Part shown: positions 53,889 to 64,000 of the stretch, piece after piece | How positions within the stretch are numbered: position 1 is the first letter of the stretch | Layout of the letters: every line of letters begins with the position of its first letter | Assembly: GCA_002269645.1 (NCBI GenBank) | Contig: NIVC01000263.1 | Coordinates: forward strand, 1-64,000 | Direction: 5' to 3' | DNA length: 64,000 nt | Source of the DNA: Macrostomum lignano | Lineage: Eukaryota | Program-made: the position numbers and the translations under genes | The notes under the pieces: generated by a model | Databases searched by the model: none | What the model saw: the letters and a program-made list of their open reading frames with translations, nothing else | Told to the model about the DNA's origin: nothing

Positions 53889-54156
53889 CATGCGCAACCC
53901 CCCTGATTTACACTGGCCATGCGACTTACTTTTTGACCAAAAATGCGACTTACCTGTGAAAGAAACCCTAAAGCAAAATAAACGCTTATTTGGGTAAACG
54001 GCAGGAGTAACTATGACTGTCTTATCAGGCCTAAATGCCTCGGCATCTAATTAGTACTACGTCCATATTCTTTGGGGTGGCATTTTTGCGACTTACCCCT
54101 GGTCCACCACAATTTACGGTGGCCAGATCGGCCAGGTCGGCCAGCAGTTGCGCATG
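53889..54156. mobile_element. 268-bp MITE inserted in the upstream pseudo-LTR
   Basis: TIR CATGCGCAAC / GTTGCGCATG flanked by TA. Absent from the homologous downstream pseudo-LTR. Confidence 0.7.
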
Positions 54157-54365
54157 TATGTTTTCCGTGTTTTTTAAGTTTTGAGAGAGTATACCAACTA
54201 GGGGCTTGCACTGCTCTGCCAAAATTTGTCTCCAACTTGCCTATTGATCTTTGGACAAGTTTACTGTACAGAATAATTCGTTACTCATCAAAAAAATTTC
54301 TTTTGCCTCACACAAATATTTATTATCATCAGACTCAGTTTTTTGTTCATACTATTAAAATAAAC

Positions 54366-54391
54366 CTGAAGATGCACCATAGAGTGCAAAA
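54366..54391 (+). ncRNA. Degenerate hammerhead ribozyme core in the Penelope pseudo-LTR
   Basis: CTGAAGAT-GCAC-CATAGA-GTGC-AAAA, versus the canonical CUGANGA..stem II..GAAA. The counterpart at 57084-57110 is further mutated. Confidence 0.55.
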
Positions 54392-57149
54392 TTTGTGTTG
54401 ACTTACAAATGTTGATAGTTGGTTTTCTATTTTTATTATTTGCAAAGCAAGCAACTTTATCTGATTTCTATTTTGACATCAACACTCGTTATCAAGATGT
54501 GACAATCCAGAGCCTCAGGAAACTTGAACGACTGACACACTTGATCAAAAAATGCTCTATTGACAACCAGTTTCTAGAAGGATGCCTAGAACTTTAGCTT
54601 TTACCATGGTTTACAAGGTTCAAGATACCTTCCAACCCAGCATTTTGGGATTGCACCAAGATCTATGAAACCCTCATCCAAAAGCAACTAAAGCAGAATT
54701 GTCATAAGCAGCAGGCCTAGCAGCTTCAAATCAGAGGTCTGAAAGACAGTCTCCAACCTAAACTTGGACTCATCACTTTTTCAGTCCTATGCCACCTAAT
54801 CAACAAGAAGACAAGCCAAAACATTGTTGCTAAGAAAATCAAACTTGAAAAGAAGCTCCAAAACTTCTGGTTGGATAAATAGCAACTTGGTAACATTCCA
54901 CAAACCATCACTAACATTTTGAACTATAAGCTCAGCCCATCTTAACAACATACCCTCCAATTTATTTAGCCTTTGTCATCTTATTCTACCACAAAAACTC
55001 AATAAACTCTACATAGCTACTAAAATCGAAGCAGCCATAAGTAGTGTTGCCTCTTTTAGAACAACACAGAAGAGAATAGACTACACCAATGCCCTGACAG
55101 CTTTAGCAGGAAAATCATTGCCGAATTTGAACAACTCACCATTAGGACTGCCAACTGCTTGTCTAACAAGAGAAACAAACTCTTATACCAAACTCTCAAA
55201 CACCTCAGTAAGTTGGAAAAAATCAAGATTGTCAAATATGACAAGGGTAAGTGTTGCCATCCTCAATAGCAAAGACTAAAACAACAAGCTCAATAACATA
55301 ATCCAAGACAAAAGCAGATTCCAATGCCTTGGAAATCATGACACGGTCACCATGTCCCACCCAATTCTCAAAGCTAAACGATCCTTTCAAAATTTCTTAC
55401 ATACTCATATCAAGCAACACATAGACATCAGCATTTATCAACATATCTTACCCAGTGGCAGCCAACCAGGCCAGCTCTATGGGGTCTGTAAGGTTCACAA
55501 ACCTGAAAAACCCCTCAGACCAATTGTCTTCATGGTCAATACTGCTGAATATGAGCTAGCTAAGTACCTTGACTTGCTTATCAAACCTTGCATTCCTTCT
55601 AAATTCACCTCGAAATCCAACAGACTTTTTCAATGATCTTAATAATTCTTGCTCTGACATTAAGAAGTTAGACATTCTTTGCAGCTTTGATGTAACTACT
55701 TCTCTTTTTACCAACATTCCCCTCAAACTTGCTATCGATTTAGCCACTGACCTGGTGTATAAAGAAAACCCAGTGATCAAGTCTAAGTCTAAAACTCTTG
55801 AATTAGCGACCTCAGGAATTTTCCTATTTGAAAACAATTACTACCAGCAAATTGAAGGCTGCACCATGGGAAGTCTGCTTGCCCCTACTCTTGCTGACAT
55901 TTGCATGACCCATTGGGAAACCAGCAACTGGTTGTCCCTCGACTGTGCCCCAAAATTCTACAGACATTATGTTGATGACACTTGCCATCTTTGATTGCAA
56001 AAACAAACTAGACCATTTCTTTGATACTCCTAATTCCACACATGAAAACATCAAATTCACCGCCGAGACCACTCCGAACCAAAAACTTTTGTTCCTTGAC
56101 ATTGAAATTAATCTTAACAGTGGTAATCTCTCTACTAAAGTCTTTTGCAAAAAACCTTTACCAATCTCATTCTCAACTATCAAATGTTGTGCCCTAGACA
56201 GTGGAAGTCCAATTTGATCAGATGTTTGCTTTACAGAGCTTTTACTGTCTGCAACACCTGGATCAACTTCAACCAAGAAGTCAAAACCTTAACCAAAATC
56301 TTTTAACCAAAACAAAATGGCTACCCACTTGCCTTCATTTATTACAACATCAATAAATTTATTACCAAAAAAGTCAACCCACAACAAACCACTAAAGCTG
56401 AAAACATCAACTCCAGTGAACTGATCATTGTTCTTCCTTTTTTTGGTTATCTGTCTCTTATCTTTAAAAGCAAAATCAGCAAACTTTTCAACAATATGCT
56501 TAACAGAAAAATCTGTATTGTCTTTCAGTCATCCAAAGTTGGTGATTTTGTCAGCCAGTTGAAGTCACAGGTGCCATCCATGTGCTCTGTGTGCAGGTGT
56601 TGTCTACCATTTCAACTGCTCTGGTGACCAGAGTGTCTCTTATATAGGGAAAACAAAAAGGCACTTGCACACCAGAACCAGAGAGCATTGGCTCAAACCA
56701 TCGGGCATTCAAACCTACCTCTTAGAATGCAATAGCTGCTTCAATAGCATTCCTAATAATTATAATTATCAACCAATGTACATCTGACTATAAACTTAAG
56801 ATTCTTGAGGCCATGTACATAAAAGCTTTGTCCCCCAACCTCAACACTCAACTCCAACATAGTGGCACAGACCATGTTCTTTGTGTATTTTTAAGTTTTA
56901 AGAGAGTACACCAACTAGGGGCTTGCATTGCTTTGCCAAATTTTCTGTCCCCAATCTGCCTATTGATCTTTGGACAAATTTACTGTACAAAATAATTCAT
57001 TACTCATCAAAAAATTTATTTTGGCTCATACAATTATTTATTATTGTCAGCCTTAGTTTTTTGTTCATTCTATTAAAATTAACCTAAAGATGCACCACGG
57101 AGTACAAAACGCATTGACTTACAAATGTTGATAGTTGGTTTTTTTATTT

Positions 57150-57344
57150 CAAATCTATGCATGTGTGTCACTTGGGGACAATTTTGGCCATAGACAATCT
57201 GAATTGAATGTCTTCTGTTTCAATAGAAAGGGGCATTGTTTGAATTGAATTTCTGCAAAGACTGATACTTTTTAAAGCTTTTACATTGAAGTTCTGCTTG
57301 TTTTTTTAATAAGAACTTTGCTAAAAATAGGAGGTAAAATGATG
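57150..57344. mobile_element. Solo, diverged right TIR of the Tc1-like family at 127-1269
   Basis: Aligns by eye to the reverse complement of 127-320; ends GGAGGTAAAATGATG + TA. Confidence 0.8.
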
Positions 57345-60300
57345 TACTAAATTCAAAGATAATATAGCTTTAATTGATCAAATTATAGATATTCTAGAAT
57401 AAGTTTAATTAGATAATAAAGAAATAATTAGGCCTAGAAAAAACATAGCTTTTAAACTTTAATTCTGAATTCAAATTAAATTGAGATCTTTCTATTATAG
57501 GTCTAATATATTTATAAATAATTTTTAACACTTTTATAGTGATTAGGCCTAATAAAGTTTTATTCTATATAAACTCAAATTACCGAACAATTTTTAAACT
57601 CAAGCAAGTCAAAGGCCAAGGCATGGCTGTATATAAAAAGGCAAATAGAAAATCTGGTTTTATTAGGCCTTTTGGATTTATTGATTAAACATTGATTCCT
57701 AAACAAATAAAACTTAATTGAGTATATACTTTTTTAAAACAAACTATAATAATAATTTTTGGCTTTATATATACAAATGAACATTATAACATGCTTTGTC
57801 TTGAAAAGCATTTTGCAAATTATGCAAGACAGCATATTTGCTATGCTTGCATTGCAACACTAATAATTAACTTTGTTAATATATATAAAGTATAAAAGTA
57901 TTACAAAAAGGGTTAGCATGTTATTTATAGGGGCCTAAAAGTTTTTTTGAACAAATAAAATTATTTTTTTAGGGGGCCTAATAAATTTGTGATTAAAATT
58001 AAACTTTGGGCCTAGGACTATATAATGTAGACCTTTATTTTATTTCTATTATCTGCTAGAAAAGGTTGTTTTATTTGCTTACAGACATTAGACAAAAAGC
58101 TAGCCTAGTACACAAATGATTATATACCAAAAATAGTCTAGTTTATAGTAATATAGTTATATTTCTATGATTCATAGGCCTATTATTAGAACTAGTCAAA
58201 ACAACAGTAGATCCCATTTCCTCATAATTTACAATCAACTTCTTAGACTTTAGGTAGGCTGATAACAAATGCTCTCTTGATTTTCTCATCTCATTTGTAT
58301 TAGGAAATTGAGGAATAAACTTTTGCCAAAGACTAACTGGGCCACTGAGTGAGTGGAGGGTGGAGCAGGTTGGTTATGCAAATGTGGTAGGTTTTAAGTG
58401 GCTAGGTGGTCCCTACAGATCAGGAGTTATTATACCTAAACTCCTAAACTAGAAATCAGCTCTATGCCTTTAGATAGATAGTCACCTACCGGCAAACAAA
58501 TTTTAGTAATGGATATAAAATCTATCTTAGACTTCATGAAGTCGTGAAGAATCTCACTAACACTGAAACGCCTCGGTGGTTGGTTTTACACCTTTAACTA
58601 TGTGGTCCCATGGGTTAGGAATGATGCTGAGAAACAAATGTTTGCAAACTGCCGTGGGTAAATTAGCAAGATTTTTAATTAAATAAAAGCAGCCACGTCC
58701 ACGACAATAGATAGGTGTACACATAGTTTTAATTTTTTGCATATCGGATTGGACAGACTATTCTGTCGGGCTTAGAAGACATTCAAACAATTTCTTACAA
58801 AAGTTAATACCCTTTTAAACGCAAAACCTAAAACATACTATATTTAAGTTTTTTGAATTTTTACTCATTAATTTTCAATTTAATTCAATTTATTATTTAT
58901 TTTTTGCGTGCAAAAATTTCAGTTTTCTTATCGATGTTAAAGAAAATGTTCCTCTATACAGTGTGGCAGTGGGGTTGCCACGGTAAATTTCTATTGCCAA
59001 CTTTCTATTAATTAACTTTTCTGATAATTAAATTTGTGCCATTTTTTTAAATTCCACTTGTACGGCCAACCGAGGTCCGGCCTATGACCACCCTTTTGTT
59101 GGCCCCGAGTTTGGTCCACTTGTTGTCATTTTGTCTCCCAGTGTTTGGATGTTGCAACCCCCCCCCCTCAATTGGTTATACTTATTTTTCGTATTTGTTT
59201 CCGTTATTTTCGCTGTCTATCCATCGCGTGGTCCATGTGTTGGCCAACCTAAGCCCCAAGCACGGGAATTAATATGTTTTATTTTATATATCGCCAGTTT
59301 TGTTTCATTTCTTCAAGTGTTTCCCCGCTCTCCTTCTTCCCCTCTCTCTGCTGCTCCACTCTGATCTTTTGTTTTAACTTTTAACGTATTTAGCTTCTGC
59401 ATTACTGCTAGTTAGTTCAGCTCGACCGTTTCTTATACATTTCATTTCGCGCCCCGGCGCCCGCGACATCGTCCGTCATTTATTATTAAAACATTAGTCA
59501 TATTAATTATCCTTTCAATTTAACAAGCCTGCTTTGCAAATAATAACCGGTACTAACTAACTACTTAATATTTATCCGTTGATCAAATCAAACCATAGCC
59601 TGCCTATCTTGAGTCATTTGCCCACGGGGCGTAAAACAATCATTTCTTAACTCAAAGAAAGCTCTGAGACTAAATTCGTTCCGTAATACGTAAATTACGG
59701 TGGTGGCAGCTCTACCCTACTGAAGTAACAAGTTCAGCAAAATCGACGCATTAATTTACGGCGCCAAAATCTCCAGCGTCCACCATTTGAACGACCGTGC
59801 CGCTCAAACGACGACCGCTCAGCCACGATTACGACTACCCTCCCCCCCGGAACTTGAGGACCCCGGCGCAGTCGGAGTAAAACAGGAGAAAAAATCTTGT
59901 TGGGATTCGTCTGCACGACTTTCCGGATTTGATCATGCGAACGCAACGCCGACCGGTTTCAAAGAAATCCCGAAGAAACCGAAAACCCACCAATCCCAAA
60001 CCAATACACCCCTACCCTTTCTTTTCTCCGCCCCCACCTCAACAGGATTCTGTATACGGTATCATCCTTTCTAACTTATTCAGGGAATTTTATTCTTCTA
60101 ATTTGTTTTGCTTGTCTATATATCTTGTATATAGTTGGGCCCATACTATGCTCATAGTATTACATAACCTTGCTTTAACCTAACATAGCCCCTAGCCTTA
60201 ACCTTAAATGCTAACAAATAGAATATAATTCTACCGTTCTATGTGTTTATTTGTACCTTCAGCTCTAGCATTGGCTATATTAATTGTTTAGTATGAATGT

Positions 60301-61756
60301 GAAAACAAACATTAACTTTTTTATTTTCTTTTATTTAATGGCCAATGTATTTTTACCCTTATAGGTCTGAGGTCATCCTTAGGGCAGTTATGAAATTGAA
60401 AATTATATTAACTGTCGAATAAATATACCTGTAATTAGTTGAATAAACTATATAAATTACATGTACATAGTTTTCAATTAAAACAAGTTCTAACAAATAG
60501 TGCAATAGCCACATAGCGTATACTCCAAGCTAAAACATGCTGAGTAGGTGGCTAGCACATCCCATACCATAGCTATTCATTAATGAATGAAATTCATTAA
60601 TTTTTAATTTAATTTATTTTAAATTTAACTTTAGCATGCAAAAATTTCACTAAATTAAATATAACTATAAGCCTACATTGTTTTTAATTGAAACAAGTAA
60701 GACTAACAAATGATGCAATAGTATACACTTTAAGCTAAAACATGCTGAGTAGATGGCTAGCATATCCTACAGCTAGCTGGCTAGCAGTTTAGGTTTCTGT
60801 TTTGATCTTTGATATATATAGCCTCTAATATGTTCAGTATGCTCATGGTGGTAGGAATTGATAATCTTAAATAAATCAATAGGTTTGTTGTTAGGCCTAC
60901 AGCATAAGTTGCATACAAGAAGGTGCTCTTATATAGCAGATCTTTTGGTCCAGTGCTCCTTGACCTTAATGTACAAGTATTGCTTAGTTTTTCTATGAAT
61001 GAAATTTATAAATGACACCTGCATTAAAAGGCGGAGGCACATGGTGGGACTTCAAGTTGCAGACATACTGGGACACCTTCTCCATGCAAAATATGATCCT
61101 AAGCTAAATGTTAAAGCCTTTTTGAATAGTTTTTCAACTCTTTTCTTGAACTCAGAGCATAGGCCAAAAAACAGCAACATAATCTTAGTGCTTTTAGTTT
61201 CTCTAGCATTATCCTCCTGAGTGCTCTATTGATTAGTCAGTTTGTTTTTTAAAAACTGGTTAACAATGCGAAATACATAGGTAACAATTTCCAATAAGAT
61301 AGCCATTGATGGCCTAGTAATTTAATTTATTTTTATCTCTTAATGTACAATTATAGACTTTGACTGTACTAAACCCATTTGCCTATTGCCCTGTACAATT
61401 TTTGATTTGCTTTATTTAAATATATGGAATTGTAAACCATGTGTGCAAGCTCTGTAGATGACCACTTGTGTTGAAATGTGAGGGTTCCCCGACAGATATT
61501 CGCGACAGATATTTTCTCCTTCAAACGGATAATTCAAACAAAAAATGAATTTATGTTTCGGGATGCATTACTTACTCTGACGCCGTATTCAGCTTAAAAT
61601 TTTGTAGACAAAAATTTTATGTCTTAAAGAAAAAAATATTAGTACGAATACAAAGTGTGTCAAAACGAATTTTATCGCACATTCTTTACAAAAAATTCTC
61701 ACGCCAAAGAACTTATGAAGTAACGGTAGCAATGAATTTTTTGTCAGTTTCTGACG

Positions 61757-62580
61757 CATGTCTCAACTTTGCAATGACACCTTAGACACATGTCCTACTT
61801 TTGTATTTCCCGGGATATCTGCTTCCAAAGTGTGCTTTCCGTGAGTCATTCATCATCCGTACCAAGACCAACCAAAACTTTGACTTATCGCTCCGTCTCT
61901 ATGCTTCAATCATTTGCTCTGAAACTTCTACCACTTCTTGACGCATGTCTCAGCTTTGCAGTGACACCTTAGACACATGTCCTACTTTTGTATTTCCCGG
62001 GATATCTGCTTCCAAAGTGTGCTTTCCGTGAGTCATTCATCATCCGTACCAAGACCAACCAAAACTTTGACTTATCACTCCGTCTCTATGCTTCAATCAT
62101 TTGCTCTGAAACTTCTACCACTTCTTGACGCATGTCTCAGCTTTGCAGTGACACCTTAGACACATGTCCTACTTTTGTATTTCCCGGGATATCTGCTTCC
62201 AAAGTGTGCTTTCTGTGAGTCATTCATCATCCGTACCAAAACCAACCAAAACTTTGACTTATTGCTCCGTCTCTATGCTTCAATCATTTGCTCTGAAACT
62301 TCTACCACTTCTTGATGCATGTCTCAGCTTTGCAGTGACACCTTAGACACATGTCCTACTTTTGTATTTCCCGGGATATCTGCTTCCAAAGTGTGCTTTC
62401 CGTGAGTCATTCATCATCCGTACCAAGACCAACCAAAACTTTGACTTATCGCTCCGTCTCTATGCTTCAATCATTTGCTCTGAAACTTCTACCACTTCTT
62501 GAGGCATGTCTCAGCTTTGCAGTGACACCTTAGACACATGTCCTACTTTTGTATTTCCCGGGATATCTGCTTCCAAATTG
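61757..62580. repeat. 187-bp tandem repeat, ~4.4 copies
   Basis: Identical short ORFs start at 61790, 61977, 62164 and 62351. Confidence 0.95.
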
Positions 62581-63304
62581 TGCGTTCCGTGGGTTATGTC
62601 TATATATCTCTCGCTGCGTCTTTTGCTCAAGCATACTACGAGACACGCGATCAAACACATGATTGGTTTGCATATTTCTCGAGATATTTTTTGAGCTCTT
62701 TGGTTTCAAAATGACACCTTTAGATAGAGTCAGCTAGCTTTTGTGTTATTCCTGAACAATGTCTGTTTCTTGGCGAATCCGGTGGCAAAAAGTATATTGT
62801 CGACATAAGTTTTTTGTAAAGTATTACAAGCAGTTTCTCGAAACAAAAAACAATAACTCATTAAGAACAACTGTATTTGTGTAAATGTCTTGTACTATGT
62901 ATAGATTATTGCAGTTACTATTGTAGTTGAGGGGAAAGAACAAATGGTCGTATGAATAAAGTGAGTAGTTGCTCAAACTCGGCGAGATTCTCAAATCAGT
63001 ATGAATAAAATGAGTGCGTCCTCCTGAGCAAGTGCTCAAAATCGAAAACCAGTAACGAAAACCAGCGGTCGCACTTTACCTGTTACCGCCATACAAAAGT
63101 GGCCTATCTAGGGAATATAAGATCTATGATTCATATGAACATTGAGCAACTGCTCCAGATCAGAGCAGTTGCTCGAGTTCGAGCTTTTGCTCAATCTCAG
63201 AGTTTGAGGTGAAACTCGCCAGTTATTGCTCACTGTAGTCATACGGCCAAAATAAAGCTAGGAAATTTTAGGAAATGTAACTTTCGTATAAACAAACATA
63301 ACCG

Positions 63305-64000
63305 TCAGCTGTCTAAATTAATGCATGTGACACACACCTTGTTGTTCTGGTCTTGTTGTCGAGTCCAGCAAGATTTGTGAAACCAGAAGAGGCACGATGG
63401 GCACTCGATCTGCAGATTTTATACGGTATAGCTATGCCTCATACGCTCATATATACTTACATGAATTACCTTAGTGCGTCCAAAAAGTTCTTAGACACCC
63501 CTCCTATCTCTGCACATGTTCAATCGATTTTTATAAAAATTGACAAAAACATGTACCTATATGTAATGAATTCAGTGCTAAAGTTTCAGCTTAATCAGGT
63601 TGACATAGCAAAAGAAATTGATCGTTTCTAAGGTACACTAAGGTGTTAATTTTCAACGTAACTTACCCACTCAATTGTACTCGTAGAACGATTTCGACCC
63701 CGCAGCCGGGGTTCTTCTAAATGGCAACCGTGGCATGTGTTTTGCTCTGATTTTTCGTCAAAATTGGTTATTGCTGTCTTTATAATGCCTCGAGCAACGG
63801 ACAGCTTTGGCTGCACATTAGGTATAATAGTGCACCTACCAAGCAATAAATTTCTTCCAAAGAGCGAAACAAAAACGCCGCAGGAGTCGGAGTCTATTTG
63901 CTGTGTGCAAATCCGATGGGAAACTGCGAAGCATTCCCTCTGGGAGTTTTCAATGAGTGGGCCAAGACATTCGTCGACATCTGACAATAGGAGTAGCGCG
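63305..64000 (-). CDS. 3' part of a Ulp1/C48 cysteine-protease + PHD finger protein (5' end beyond the window; probably transposon-encoded)
   Basis: Exon >=64000-63667 has QQIDSDSCGVFVSLF and CHGC...IEW|gtaagt. Exon 63409-63305 (ctgcag|ATC) reads IECPSCLFWFHKSCWTRQQDQNNKVCVTC...TGA, completing a C4HC3 PHD. Confidence 0.75.

Larger units (their letters stand above)
53721..57150 (+). mobile_element. Decayed Penelope-like retroelement (RT + GIY-YIG) with pseudo-LTRs
   Basis: Broken ORF with KPLRPIV, SFDVTSLFTNIP, QIEGCTMGSLLAP, YVDD, KFTAE, LFLDI and VVYHFNC..SYIGKTKRHLHTRTREH (~56600-56690). Direct repeats ~53721-54430 and ~56740-57150. Confidence 0.9.

Noticed and set aside
59734-60183. GC-richer island with short ORFs
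   Set aside because: No recognisable domain or consistent splice structure; it may be a promoter or TE fragment, but this is unsupported.

Overview
This is eukaryotic (metazoan) genomic DNA with spliced genes, polyQ/polyP exons and very dense minisatellites. The style is reminiscent of a flatworm such as Macrostomum, which is an inference only. Protein genes: (1) a 7-exon, 759-aa minus-strand CUB-CUB-LDLa-TM neuropilin/tolloid-like (Neto) gene at 4794-20535, with all splice phases consistent; (2) two tandem G-protein gamma subunit genes (27894-28094; 32509/32571-32782), the second with its ATG apparently created by splicing, plus a possible decayed third copy between them; (3) two giant single-exon multi-Tudor ORFs (36919-40519, 5 domains; 46421-52630, 10 domains), which share a recently amplified 630-bp extended-Tudor unit with an intact methyl-arginine cage; (4) the 3' end of a spliced Ulp1/C48-protease + PHD gene at the right edge, probably transposon-borne. 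Mobile DNA: an internally deleted IR/DR Tc1-like element, a five-element nest between the Tudor ORFs (mariner remnant > Tc1-type MITE > D34D mariner + foldback > tRNA-SINE), a second young copy of that SINE, a decayed Penelope-like element with pseudo-LTRs and degenerate hammerhead cores, and a small MITE. Best leads: a candidate HDV-like ribozyme heading a short element in an (AAC)n tract, the Tudor-module amplification shared between two ORFs, a triplicated splice acceptor, a split start codon, and CpG-decay signatures on old transposons.
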